Source of the DNA: Chlamydiales bacterium
GTDB lineage: Bacteria > Chlamydiota > Chlamydiia > Chlamydiales > JAAKFR01
Reading direction: 5' to 3'
Assembly: GCA_041395025.1 (NCBI GenBank)
Contig: JAWLBH010000001.1
Coordinates: 262,552 to 326,551, forward strand
Length of the DNA stretch: 64,000 nt
Position numbers and translations under genes: made by a program. Below the pieces are notes generated by a model, which saw nothing but the letters and a program-made list of their open reading frames with translations, ran no database searches and had not been told where the DNA came from. This document shows positions 1 through 9,857 of the stretch, one piece after another (position 1 is the stretch's first letter; each line of letters opens with the position of its first letter).

Positions 1-1
1 A

Positions 2-550
2 CGAGCAATTTGTAAGACGCGAAAAGAGATTAGAGAAATTAACACAATATGTCTAAATACCAAATGCGAAAAGATAAAAAAGATTTGTCATCTACTGATT
101 CTTCAAAAGAGTCAATCCCTTAAGGATAAAACTGTAGCAACCACCTTTACTTCTATAATCATCCCCGCATCTGTTTTCTTGATGGTTTCAGCCATTTTGG
201 CTCTTACTTCTCTGTATTATAGATCCCCTTTAAACTCTGCTGCAGTTCCTTTAGCAATTGCTGGAGGAGCTTTTAGTTTCTGTTCTCTATCTGGCCACCT
301 TGTGCGCCTTGTGATTTTCAAATCACAAGAGCGACAAAGGATCCAGACTTTGACAGAAATCTATCAAAAAACGGTACAACTAAAAGCACTTCACCCCTAC
401 TCTATCCTTAGTAGCTTAAATGCTAGTAAGGCTATTTTAGAGATTGAATACAAGATTTATGTGAAAAATGGCCACCATTTTTCAACTGCACCTGCATCAT
501 CCCATTTGCCTGAATATCAAAAATATTCTCTATCTCCTCCTGCCTGTTAA
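2..550 (+). CDS. Inc-like membrane protein, probably 5'-partial (frame open to the window edge)
   Basis: The track ORF starts at TTG 179, but the same frame has no stop codon back to nt 2. The first hydrophobic helix (TTFTSIIIPASVFLMVSAILALTSLYY) begins upstream of the track start. A short loop (RSPLNS) and a second helix (AAVPLAIAGGAFSFCSLSGHLVRLVIF) give the bilobed hydrophobic domain typical of chlamydial Inc proteins. There is no in-frame ATG/GTG/TTG in 2..178. Confidence 0.45.
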   Translation, partial: RAICKTRKEIREINTICLNTKCEKIKKICHLLILQKSQSLKDKTVATTFTSIIIPASVFLMVSAILALTSLYYRSPLNSAAVPLAIAGGAFSFCSLSGHLVRLVIFKSQERQRIQTLTEIYQKTVQLKALHPYSILSSLNASKAILEIEYKIYVKNGHHFSTAPASSHLPEYQKYSLSPPAC

Positions 551-772
551 AGAAACCCCTATCTCAATACTTCTTGATAAAAATCCTAAAGATTCATATC
601 GACTTCAGCTTATAGTTGACAGTAAAAATGGATCGTAAAAAACTTTTCTTTGAATTTTTCCAAAACGATGAATTAGAGAATAAATTATGAAAAAAATATA
701 AATTCACCTAGACGTGAACGAAATCAAAAAGTATTTTTAGAGTTGGCCATCAATTTTTAATGAAAACAAAAG

Positions 773-2485
773 ATGAACCATCCATTCATGAGATTACTGG
801 ACGATTTAACAATAGAAAAAAAAATCATTCTTACTTTTATATTCGCAATCTTAAATCTTTGTAGTTCAATCATATTTGCTTCCTATCCAATAGAGGTGTC
901 TGGGCAAATGCTCTATCTTCTTCATCGAGGGAAAACAGCATTAGCTTTTGAAAACTATCTTAAATATGCAAAAGCAAATGGAGAACATGATTTTGCTCTT
1001 TTACAACAAGCTGGCATAAGCCTGCTTGAAGAAGGCATTGAATCTGATGACCTAGAAACACAATTGATGTGCATGTTTGGTGCTGGGATCGCTAATTCTT
1101 CTGATCTTTTTCATATCCTTGAGAAAGGCATTCATGCTAAAGAGCCACGAATTCAGCTTATCGCTTTAAGTTACTTAGGAAAACAAAATGATGATCGAGC
1201 AGATGAGCTTCTTTTAGAAGCGCTTTCATCTCCTTTTCTTCTTACAAAACTTGAGGGGTGCTACCAACTTGCCAAAAAAAATCATCCCTCCGTTTTAATG
1301 CACATGCAGTCACTGATGGTAAAAATTCCTGATTTTGTCCGATCCCTCTTTCCACAAATTATTATTCACTTAGATGGAAAAGAAGCGAATCAGTATCTAA
1401 AACAACTACTTTCAGATGCAAATATTGAAGTACGTATTGAAGCAATTTTAGCTATTGCAAGAATGAGACGCGATGACTTTCTTCCTCAAATTCGCCACCT
1501 TGCTTCACAAACTCACCATGCTCAACAAGAAGCCTGTCTTCTTGCATTAGGTGCACTGCAAGATACTCTATCCATTCCTTTGCTTAAAAACTGCTTACAA
1601 AGTTACCGAAAAGAGGTACGGCTTGCTGCTGCAGTAGCTCTCTATGAAATAGGTGATTGTGAGGCTTTAAAACTCATTGAAGAGATGGCACGTTTAGGTG
1701 ATCTATTTGCTATTACATCACTTGGCATAATCAAAGAGGGAAGACAAGTTCTACATGATATGACCTCTCATGTGGATCGAGATGTGCGTCTTAATGCAAG
1801 CTTATCACTCTTGCAACTCCGTGAAGAAACTTCTCTTACAGAGATTTTGATTCCAGGAAGTAGGGATTTGGGATTCATAGCCTTTTCCTCACCAGGTCGT
1901 GGACTTAAAGCCTGGAAAACAATTCCTTCCCATCATCAAAATACTCAAGGGTACCCCGGAGTGATCCAACAGACACTTGCATTACGTGAAAAAGTCCTTA
2001 TGGAGTCTATTGAACTACCAAATGATCAATTTCTAAAAATTGTAAAAAAACTCATTGATGAAAAACAAACTCAATTAATCCCTCTCGCTGCTATGCTACT
2101 CGAAAATACAGGAACTCCAGAGAGTATAGCCCTTCTATCAGAAGGGCAGCAAAAAGCGGGAGAGCCACTCATACGTAACTATTGCACTCTTGCTCTTTAC
2201 AGACTAGGTCAAGAGGGACCCTATCAACAACAACTGATCAATTGGGTAAAATCGTTTGGTGATCAGTTAATGATTCAATTTCGTGAATCAGATGATGAAA
2301 ATTTTCTTCCAAATCAACATGCACTCACTCCTGAAGAAACTTCCCGTTTTTTAGTTGAAACATTTGAAACACTTGCTCAAAGACAAAATCAAGCTGGATT
2401 GGAAGCTCTTATTTATGCGATGGCTTATGGAAACCCAAAAAATAAATATGCTCTTGCAGGATTATTGATCAGAACAACTGAGTAA
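773..2485 (+). CDS. HEAT/PBS-lyase-type repeat protein with N-terminal membrane anchor
   Basis: 570 aa. N-terminal hydrophobic segment IILTFIFAILNLCSSIIFASYP. Repeated ~30-aa helical units carry the HEAT pattern (LLSDANIEVRIEAILAIARMRRDDFLPQI; EVRLAAAVALYEIGDCEALKLIEEM; DRDVRLNASLSLLQL). Confidence 0.6.
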   Translation: MNHPFMRLLDDLTIEKKIILTFIFAILNLCSSIIFASYPIEVSGQMLYLLHRGKTALAFENYLKYAKANGEHDFALLQQAGISLLEEGIESDDLETQLMCMFGAGIANSSDLFHILEKGIHAKEPRIQLIALSYLGKQNDDRADELLLEALSSPFLLTKLEGCYQLAKKNHPSVLMHMQSLMVKIPDFVRSLFPQIIIHLDGKEANQYLKQLLSDANIEVRIEAILAIARMRRDDFLPQIRHLASQTHHAQQEACLLALGALQDTLSIPLLKNCLQSYRKEVRLAAAVALYEIGDCEALKLIEEMARLGDLFAITSLGIIKEGRQVLHDMTSHVDRDVRLNASLSLLQLREETSLTEILIPGSRDLGFIAFSSPGRGLKAWKTIPSHHQNTQGYPGVIQQTLALREKVLMESIELPNDQFLKIVKKLIDEKQTQLIPLAAMLLENTGTPESIALLSEGQQKAGEPLIRNYCTLALYRLGQEGPYQQQLINWVKSFGDQLMIQFRESDDENFLPNQHALTPEETSRFLVETFETLAQRQNQAGLEALIYAMAYGNPKNKYALAGLLIRTTE

Positions 2486-2577
2486 TATCTGGTCAAATAA
2501 TGCATCAACTGCATACACTCCTCTTTGATAATAAGATGGTTTCTTACTCATTCAAAATGAAATCTTAGATTATTGTA

Positions 2578-4821
2578 TTGCATAAAATAATCTCTCTGAT
2601 TTTGTATACAACATATTTTCTAATGTGGTTTTTTTATCTGATTTTTCTTTGTGTCTCTCCACTCACTCTTCTAGGAGGACTTTCTGACTCTTTTCATGAT
2701 TCGAAAACTAAGAATAAATATTCTGCTTTTGATTTATCAATTCCTAAAGATCAACCTCAAATTATTCTCGATTTAAATCATCCATGTTATGAGGATGGGG
2801 TTCTATCCACAAAGGAGGGAGGCGTACTTATTGCTCCTAATTTTCGAGTCCAAGCACAATCTTTCATCTATACCCATAATCTTGATATTGATCCTCCTGT
2901 GTTTACTATCGAATGTCATGGTAACCTCTTAATTGACTACCAAGAATGGGTTCTTGTAGGTGATTCTCTTTATTATGACTTTCTCACTCATACTGGTTTT
3001 CTCATTCATGGTAAAACAGCTCAGCCTCCTTGGTATTTAGGAGGAAACGAAATTTTACTTTTCGAAGACGGACATCTAATAGTCATAGATGGTTTTCTCA
3101 CAACATCTGAGGCAAAATACCCAGATATAGCTATTCGTTCACCAAAGATTACCCTTTCGAAAAACCATGTGATGGAAGCAAAAAACATCACGTTTACTAT
3201 TGAAGAGATCCCCGTATTTTGGTTTCCGCAAATCTGTTTTGACTTAGAAAATTGTCGAAATACTCCTTTCGCTGTGAAATTTGGTTGGGGGGGGTTCATG
3301 GGGTCCTATCTTGGTCTTCTTTATCACTTTCTTAACTGGAAAGATTTTCAGGGAACAGCTCGAATCGATGAATTTTTTGGTCACGGATTAGGGGGCGGTA
3401 TTGAAACGCGTTATCATCAGAAATTTAAATCCACACAATTTTATACTCGCAGTTATTATGTTCATGATATCGCGATCAACGATCCAAATGACCGGGATCG
3501 TTATCAATTTCAAGGCACCTACCATGATAGCTTTTATGGAATGAGTATTGATGGGATGTATGATTATGTGAGTGATCCAAATATGGCATCTGACTTCCAA
3601 ATTCAAGATTTCGAACTACCTACAGCAGGACGCACCCAGCTTGAATTGAAGAAACAAACAGATCTATGGATAGCCGCTCTATTTGGTAATGTGCGTATTA
3701 ATTCTTTCCAATCAGTTAACCAAGAACTCCCGACTTTTAGTTTTTATCTGCATCCTTTTCAAATTCCCCATACGGGAATTATCATCGAAAATATTTTTAA
3801 AGCTAGTTATCTAAATTATGCATTTAGTGAAGATGTACATGGGAAAAATTTCCAATCAGGTAGAATCTCTTTTTCTCCTCATGCTTACCGTCCTTTTTTG
3901 TTTGGACCCATTACTGCAACACCTGAAGTGGCTTTTATTGGCATTGGCTATACTAACACCCCGTCTGGAAATTCAGCAGGACAAGGGATTGGAAAATTTG
4001 GAATCCATTTCAACTCTTGTCTATCAAAATCTAATCAAAGATTGAAACATCTTGTTAAGCCTTATATTGATTATACCTATCTTACACAACCGAGTGTCTC
4101 TAACAATGACCACTTTATCTTTACCATCAATGATGGGTATCATCAACTCAATCTTTTAAAAATGGGGATCGAAAACAAGATCTTTGTCAAAGGATCTTCT
4201 GGAATATTTCAACCTCTTACAGTAGATGCGTGGGCAAATATTTTTATTGATCAAAAAACCCATCGAAAAGCCATTCCTAAAGGATATCTAAATATCGAAT
4301 GGCAGCCTTCTCAATCTCTTTTGTTTACTCTAGATGGGGGATGGAATTTTTTAAACGATCAAGTGGATTTTTTCTCTGGTAGAATTGATGCGACAGTTAG
4401 TCATCATCTAGCCTTTGGATTGGATTATTGTTACCATAGCAAATTTGATTGGCGTAAAGCAGATTTTTATAACTTTATCTTAGAAAGTGCTCATAATGAA
4501 AAAGAACTTCTTGAATCCCCTCTTTCCTTTCGTCGACAAACTTTGCTGTTTCGCATGTTTATCCGTCCTACACCTAATTGGACTGCACAATTAGACTCCC
4601 GTTATGGATGGAATCGTGGTCATCAAACATTTATTGGAAAAAATGGTGAGCTATTTAGAGAAAAACAGAAAAATTTTCTAGAATATCAGGTTGAATTTCG
4701 AAGAACCCTATTTAACCACTGGGACCTCCGCCTAATCTATGAAAAGCGTGTTGCTGATCATCGGTATCTAATCTCTCTCAAAATCAACCCAGAACGACCA
4801 CCTAAACTATCTTACCGATAG
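2578..4821 (+). CDS. lptD: LptD/OstA-like outer-membrane beta-barrel protein (LPS assembly)
   Basis: 747 aa with a TTG start and a hydrophobic signal-like N-terminus. The N-terminal region has the OstA-type pattern (VLIAPNFRVQAQSFIYTH...GNLLIDYQEWVLVGDSLYYDFLTHTGFLIHGKT; FLTTSEAKYPDIAIRSPKITLSKN...AKNITFTIEEIPVFWFPQ). The long C-terminal part is rich in aromatic and alternating residues, as in barrel strands. Confidence 0.55.
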   Translation: MHKIISLILYTTYFLMWFFYLIFLCVSPLTLLGGLSDSFHDSKTKNKYSAFDLSIPKDQPQIILDLNHPCYEDGVLSTKEGGVLIAPNFRVQAQSFIYTHNLDIDPPVFTIECHGNLLIDYQEWVLVGDSLYYDFLTHTGFLIHGKTAQPPWYLGGNEILLFEDGHLIVIDGFLTTSEAKYPDIAIRSPKITLSKNHVMEAKNITFTIEEIPVFWFPQICFDLENCRNTPFAVKFGWGGFMGSYLGLLYHFLNWKDFQGTARIDEFFGHGLGGGIETRYHQKFKSTQFYTRSYYVHDIAINDPNDRDRYQFQGTYHDSFYGMSIDGMYDYVSDPNMASDFQIQDFELPTAGRTQLELKKQTDLWIAALFGNVRINSFQSVNQELPTFSFYLHPFQIPHTGIIIENIFKASYLNYAFSEDVHGKNFQSGRISFSPHAYRPFLFGPITATPEVAFIGIGYTNTPSGNSAGQGIGKFGIHFNSCLSKSNQRLKHLVKPYIDYTYLTQPSVSNNDHFIFTINDGYHQLNLLKMGIENKIFVKGSSGIFQPLTVDAWANIFIDQKTHRKAIPKGYLNIEWQPSQSLLFTLDGGWNFLNDQVDFFSGRIDATVSHHLAFGLDYCYHSKFDWRKADFYNFILESAHNEKELLESPLSFRRQTLLFRMFIRPTPNWTAQLDSRYGWNRGHQTFIGKNGELFREKQKNFLEYQVEFRRTLFNHWDLRLIYEKRVADHRYLISLKINPERPPKLSYR

Positions 4822-4847
4822 CTATGTCAGCTTGAAACATAGAATGA

Positions 4848-6437
4848 TTAAACATCAATTTGCTCAGGCATTAAGTAATGGATGGCATATTTGAGATAAA
4901 CCTTGTCTTTTATAAAAATATCAAATAAGGATGGGTCTAAATAGCCTGCCTTAACCATCCTACTCATCGTCTTCAAAACCTCAGATATAGTAGCTGGTTT
5001 TCGATAGGGACGATCAGGAGAAGAGAGCGATTCAAAGACATCAGCAATAGCTAAAATCCTCGACTGGATCAAGATATCCTGACCTTTTAATCCACGAGGG
5101 TATCCTTTCCCATCCATTCTTTCATGATGAGAAGCAGCAATCTCAGGTACAGCAGATAACTCTTTAGGAAATGGAATTTGTGAAAGCATCCGATAAGTCA
5201 TTAAGGAATGATTTCTGATAATTGATTGCTCTTTTTCTGTTAAATTTCCCTCTGGGATTAATAAATTTTCTCTTTCTTCAGAAGTAAGAATAGGTTCATT
5301 CTCGTTCCAATAAAGTGAGGCTATTCGATCGATATTTTTGATCGTTTCTGATGTGACTGGCTCAGTAGAATCATTACAACGATGAATGAATTTTTGATCC
5401 TCTTTTATACTCAGTATTTTTTGATGATAAGCTTGATCAAAAGAATCAAAAAAACTTTCAGCAACACGAAGACTGTCTGGATGATAGTTAGCCAACCAAT
5501 CAAGCTTTTTTTTTAGGAGATGATTTTCTTCTTTGATCTCTAGTCCTTTGAAACGCACATCTATAATCTCTGAACGATCATATACACTCTCTAGCTTTTT
5601 TCTTTTTTCGATGATGTGTGTTGGAATAGTAATTTTGCCACAGTCATGTAATAAAGCAGCAATCTTTAACTCATAAAGTTGTTTATGATTAAACAAAAAT
5701 TCTTTAAATGGACCTTCTTTTGTCCTATTGATTGCCTCAGCAAGAAGTTCTGTAATGAGAGGAACACGCTTGGCATGATTTCCAGTTGAGGGAGAAATTT
5801 CATCAATAGCAGAAGTCATCATACGGATGACAGCCTCAAAAAGTTCACGAAGATTACGAATCAATAACTGATTATTGAGAGCAATCGCTGCCTGTGAAGC
5901 AAATGATTCTGCAAGTTGAATATCCTCTTGAGAAAAAGAGGAAATTGTTCCATCGATAGGATTCGTGGGATTAAGTAATTGTAGAACAGCAATTACATCC
6001 TCCGCATAATTTTTCATCGGAATAGTTAAAACGGCTTTTGTCAGATATCCAGTCTGGGCATCAAATTCACGTGTCCCAGAGAAATTTGCTCCTTTTTTAT
6101 ATGCATCTTCTATATTGACCGTCTGCTTATAGTTTACTGAGTAGGTAACTATTAAATTATTATTGGGTTGACCTGTCTCTAAAAAAAGAGGAATATCCTC
6201 AAAAGTAATCGCATTAGAAGAAGTTCCACCAAGATGAAGTTTAAGCGAATTAGATAAAATGGTTTCAAATCGAAGCTTTTTTCCTTCAAGAACAGTGTAA
6301 ATCGTTCCTCCATCAGCATGAGTCAATTCTTTAGCATTCTGAAGAATTCTTTCATGTAAACGAGGAATATCATGCTCTTCTGAAAGAGCAATTCCAATTT
6401 CATTGAGTTTTTTTAAAATACTATAACTTAAATCCAT
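4848..6437 (-). CDS. GAF-domain HD-GYP phosphodiesterase (c-di-GMP hydrolysis family)
   Basis: 529 aa. The N-terminal ~190 aa is GAF-like. The HD motif (AALLHDCGKITIP) and the HHExxDGxGYP motif (ASHHERMDGKGYPRGLKG) are both intact. Confidence 0.85.
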   Translation of the reverse strand: MDLSYSILKKLNEIGIALSEEHDIPRLHERILQNAKELTHADGGTIYTVLEGKKLRFETILSNSLKLHLGGTSSNAITFEDIPLFLETGQPNNNLIVTYSVNYKQTVNIEDAYKKGANFSGTREFDAQTGYLTKAVLTIPMKNYAEDVIAVLQLLNPTNPIDGTISSFSQEDIQLAESFASQAAIALNNQLLIRNLRELFEAVIRMMTSAIDEISPSTGNHAKRVPLITELLAEAINRTKEGPFKEFLFNHKQLYELKIAALLHDCGKITIPTHIIEKRKKLESVYDRSEIIDVRFKGLEIKEENHLLKKKLDWLANYHPDSLRVAESFFDSFDQAYHQKILSIKEDQKFIHRCNDSTEPVTSETIKNIDRIASLYWNENEPILTSEERENLLIPEGNLTEKEQSIIRNHSLMTYRMLSQIPFPKELSAVPEIAASHHERMDGKGYPRGLKGQDILIQSRILAIADVFESLSSPDRPYRKPATISEVLKTMSRMVKAGYLDPSLFDIFIKDKVYLKYAIHYLMPEQIDV

Positions 6438-6622
6438 GCAAATATTAAAATTTAGAATAGTATTAATACATAATTATAAACAGATTTTTATTCATGTAAA
6501 AATATTTTTATTATCAAGAAAATTTTGTGTAAACTAAGTTTCTAGTTTTCTGAATGATACAAAAGATTTTATATCCAGTGTTTTCACTATAAGCTAAGTG
6601 AATAGGTTTCTATATGAGAAAA

Positions 6623-7153
6623 TTATTTTTGAAAATATTTTTGCTTAATCTCAAGCAGCTTTGGTTCAATAAGAGTACGACGTTTCCCTTTAATTCGATC
6701 AATAAAAAGAGTCCCATTAAGATGGTCATTTTCATGCATAATATTTCGAGCATGATAACCGTAACACTCCTTCTTAAAAGAATTTCCCTCGAGATTCTTT
6801 GCTTCAACAGTAATCTTCGAAGGACGTTTCACGAATTCATACAATCCTGGAATGGAAAGACACCCTTCTTCTCTTTCTACAAAAACATCGCTTGGATTTG
6901 AAAGGATAGGATTAATAAAAACTACTGGCTCTCCTAGATGAATTTCTCCTTTCTCATCTTCAAAATCTACATTGGAAACAAAAATCCGCAAAAGATGACC
7001 AACTTGTGGAGCAGCTAATCCAATCCCTTTATAAGCAAGCATTGATTCGATCATATCGAAGCAAAGCTGACGAATATCATCTGTAATTTTTCCAACAGGA
7101 GTAGATTGCTTCCGCAAAATAGGGTGATTGTAATAGTAAAGAGGTAGCTTCAT
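6623..7153 (-). CDS. def: Peptide deformylase
   Basis: Has the three PDF motifs GIGLAAPQVG, EGCLSIPG and HENDHLNG. Its start overlaps the secG stop by 4 nt. Confidence 0.95.
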   Translation of the reverse strand: MKLPLYYYNHPILRKQSTPVGKITDDIRQLCFDMIESMLAYKGIGLAAPQVGHLLRIFVSNVDFEDEKGEIHLGEPVVFINPILSNPSDVFVEREEGCLSIPGLYEFVKRPSKITVEAKNLEGNSFKKECYGYHARNIMHENDHLNGTLFIDRIKGKRRTLIEPKLLEIKQKYFQK

Positions 7154-7437
7154 GGCTCAATAAGCTCTGTACCTATTCTCTGCTGTGCTTTTGCACGTCC
7201 TATTGCCCCAGTCCATAAAGATAAAATAATACATCCACCAAGAAAACAAATAGCAAGCCCAGCTGTAATCTTTTTTAACACTTCAGGGGTAGATGCTCCG
7301 AATAAAGAATCCCCTACATCCCCTCCAAATGAAGCACCAAGACCAGAACTTTTACTTTCTTGAACTAAAATCACACAACAAAGAATCAAAGAAATAAAAA
7401 GAAAAAGAAAAAGAAATAAATAATAAACGATAGTCAT
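7150..7437 (-). CDS. secG: Preprotein translocase subunit SecG
   Basis: 95 aa with two TM helices flanking the Gly-rich loop SSGLGASFGGDVGDSLFG. Translationally coupled to tpiA (upstream) and def (downstream). Confidence 0.85.
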   Translation of the reverse strand: MTIVYYLFLFLFLFISLILCCVILVQESKSSGLGASFGGDVGDSLFGASTPEVLKKITAGLAICFLGGCIILSLWTGAIGRAKAQQRIGTELIEP

Positions 7438-8219
7438 TTCGGTATTACACCATGAATAATTTTAATAAATGAATCAATAGAAAGAGAAGCTCCTCCAATA
7501 AGTAAACCATCAATATCAGGTTGGTGAATTAGCTCACTCACATTGTCTGGCTTAACTGAGCCACCATATTGGATCACCATATTCATTGCTACTTCTTCTC
7601 CCCATTCTTCTCTAATCACTTGCCGTATCAACTTATGCGCTAATTGAGCCTCTATAGGATCAGCATTCTTCCCTGTCCCAATTGCCCAAACTGGCTCATA
7701 GGCAATAATCAATTTCAATAATTCTTTTGGATTCACCCCTTCAAGAGATTGAAGTAACTGGGTTTTTATGACCATTTCCGTCTCCCCAGCTTCTCGTTCG
7801 TCAAGAGTTTCACCTACACAAAGAACAGGTTGTAGAGATTCTTTCAAAGCACGTTTGATTTTACGATTAATAAATAGATTGCTTTCATGAAAATAGAGAC
7901 GTCTCTCTGAATGACCAAGAAGAACAAATTGAGCTCCTACTTCTATAAGCATGCGAGCTGCAATTTCTCCAGTAAAAGCTCCTTCACTTGCATCATTCAT
8001 ATTCTGTGCACCAACTATCATCGGAATCTTATGCTCTTTTGCACAATTTACAGCAGCTTGAATGATTGTAAAAGGAACAGCTAGGTAAATGGTCGCTTGA
8101 CTCTGTTGGGTAAGGGATGCTAGAGTTTTAATAAACGTTTTTGCTTCTTCAATTGTCTTATACATCTTCCAATTAGCTGTGATTATGATAGGTCGATGGA
8201 CATCTGATGTTTGCGCCAT
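7434..8219 (-). CDS. tpiA: Triosephosphate isomerase
   Basis: Motifs ANWKMY, GHSERR, AYEPVWAIGTG and YGGSV. Confidence 0.95.
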   Translation of the reverse strand: MAQTSDVHRPIIITANWKMYKTIEEAKTFIKTLASLTQQSQATIYLAVPFTIIQAAVNCAKEHKIPMIVGAQNMNDASEGAFTGEIAARMLIEVGAQFVLLGHSERRLYFHESNLFINRKIKRALKESLQPVLCVGETLDEREAGETEMVIKTQLLQSLEGVNPKELLKLIIAYEPVWAIGTGKNADPIEAQLAHKLIRQVIREEWGEEVAMNMVIQYGGSVKPDNVSELIHQPDIDGLLIGGASLSIDSFIKIIHGVIPK

Positions 8220-8266
8220 TTTTATCTTTATTTGAGATTAAAAATTTTTGATAGTTTATCATCAAA

Positions 8267-9601
8267 ATGAACAGTTTGTCAACTCTCATTACCGTTACCG
8301 AATTAACTTTAGCGATTAAACATCAACTCGAATCTAAGTTTATAAATATCACTGTTCAGGGCGAAATAAGTAATTATAAACTTCAAGCAAGTGGGCATCT
8401 CTATTTTGATCTCAAGGATACTGGTGCAAAAATCCCTGTCGTACTTTTCCGAGGGAATGAACATACTATTACTCGTCTACTGAAAGAAGGCGACCATGTC
8501 ATTTTGAAAGGATCTCTTTCTGTCTATCCTCCTCATGGAAAATATCAAATTATTGCAAAATCTATTGAATACCAAGGGATAGGGGAACTGCTACTAAAAC
8601 TTGAAACACTGAAAAAAAAGCTTAGTGCACGTGGATGGTTTAGTGAAGAGAAGAAAAAATCTATTCCAAAATTTCCTCATTGCATCGGTGTTGTGACTAG
8701 TCCCACAGGGGCTGTCATCCGTGATATCATTCATATCCTATCACGAAGATATCCAGGGTTTCATCTGATTCTGAATCCTATTCGTGTGCAGGGTAATACA
8801 GCTGCTGCTGAAATTGCAAATGCTATTGAAGAGATGAATAGATACAAGTTATGCGATGTAATGATTGTTGGGAGAGGAGGAGGTAGTCTCGAAGATTTAT
8901 GGGCGTTTAATGAAGAGATCGTTGCTAAAGCAATATTTGAGAGTACAATTCCGGTCATTTCAGCAATTGGTCATGAAACGGATATTTCGATTGCAGATTT
9001 TGTTGCTGATAAACGAGCGCCTACTCCTTCAGCTGCTGCTGAAATTGTGAGCGTAGAAAAACAGCATCATCTTCAAATTTTAAAAAAAATGCATAACCAT
9101 TTAACAAGTGCTCTTCTTCATCAAGTCAAACACTCCCGAGTGACTCTTGAAAAATATACCTCTCATCCGATGTTCTCAACTTCTTACATGCTCATAGGAG
9201 GCAATTTACAAAAGCTGGATGAGATTAAGAGTTCCTTGGATAGATTAATTAAACACATGCTCCTCGGCAAGCGCTATATGCTAGAAGGAAAGAAAAAAGA
9301 TATTAATGGCTTAAAACCTACAAATCAATTTATCCTTTCTCAGAATCATCTATGTGAAAAAATCAAACAACTGAATCAAGCTATTAAAAATAAAATCGCA
9401 TTAAACAAACATAGATTAAAAGAAATCGTTAAACAACTACAATCTTTAGATCCAAAAAATGTATTAAAAAGAGGATATGCCATCATCTTGGCCTTAAATG
9501 AAGATTCAGTTATATTATCAGCTAAACATTTAAGTCCTGGACAAAAAGTCAAAGCCTTATTTAGCAACGGTGAAAGGGTTTTAAGGGTAGAAGATGAATG
9601 A
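8267..9601 (+). CDS. xseA: Exodeoxyribonuclease VII large subunit
   Basis: N-terminal OB-fold region (VQGEISNYKLQASGHLYFDLKD), GRGGGSLEDLWAFNEE, and SAIGHETD. Overlaps xseB by 8 nt. Confidence 0.9.
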   Translation: MNSLSTLITVTELTLAIKHQLESKFINITVQGEISNYKLQASGHLYFDLKDTGAKIPVVLFRGNEHTITRLLKEGDHVILKGSLSVYPPHGKYQIIAKSIEYQGIGELLLKLETLKKKLSARGWFSEEKKKSIPKFPHCIGVVTSPTGAVIRDIIHILSRRYPGFHLILNPIRVQGNTAAAEIANAIEEMNRYKLCDVMIVGRGGGSLEDLWAFNEEIVAKAIFESTIPVISAIGHETDISIADFVADKRAPTPSAAAEIVSVEKQHHLQILKKMHNHLTSALLHQVKHSRVTLEKYTSHPMFSTSYMLIGGNLQKLDEIKSSLDRLIKHMLLGKRYMLEGKKKDINGLKPTNQFILSQNHLCEKIKQLNQAIKNKIALNKHRLKEIVKQLQSLDPKNVLKRGYAIILALNEDSVILSAKHLSPGQKVKALFSNGERVLRVEDE

Positions 9602-9857
9602 ACAAATTTTTAATTTCGAAAAAGCATTTGCAAGATTAGAAGTCATTCTAGAACGAATGAATTCTGGAAATGTTCCTTTGGATGAGTCACTTAAACTCTA
9701 TGAAGAAGCTGATCAATTGATTATAGGATGCAGCTCACGTTTATCAGAGGTTGAAGAACGTATTGAAATTTTAATTAAAAGACGAGATGGGAAAATCGAA
9801 ATCGATGAGGATGAGATACCTCTTAAAAAACCCTTTGAACCTCAAGAGGCATTTTGA
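9594..9857 (+). CDS. xseB: Exodeoxyribonuclease VII small subunit
   Basis: 87-aa helical protein ([36 protein letters not shown]), coupled between xseA and dxs. Confidence 0.85.
   Translation: MNEQIFNFEKAFARLEVILERMNSGNVPLDESLKLYEEADQLIIGCSSRLSEVEERIEILIKRRDGKIEIDEDEIPLKKPFEPQEAF

Noticed and set aside
3021-4045. Track ORFs 3021..3299 (-), 3388..3606 (-) and 3818..4045 (+), all inside the LptD-like gene.
   Set aside because: They are fully nested in a 747-aa ORF that has recognisable domain patterns, so they are shadow ORFs.
6610-6901. ORFs 6610..6807 (-) and 6614..6901 (+) overlapping def.
   Set aside because: def (6623..7153) carries all three deformylase motifs. The overlapping ORFs are alternative-frame or antisense artefacts.
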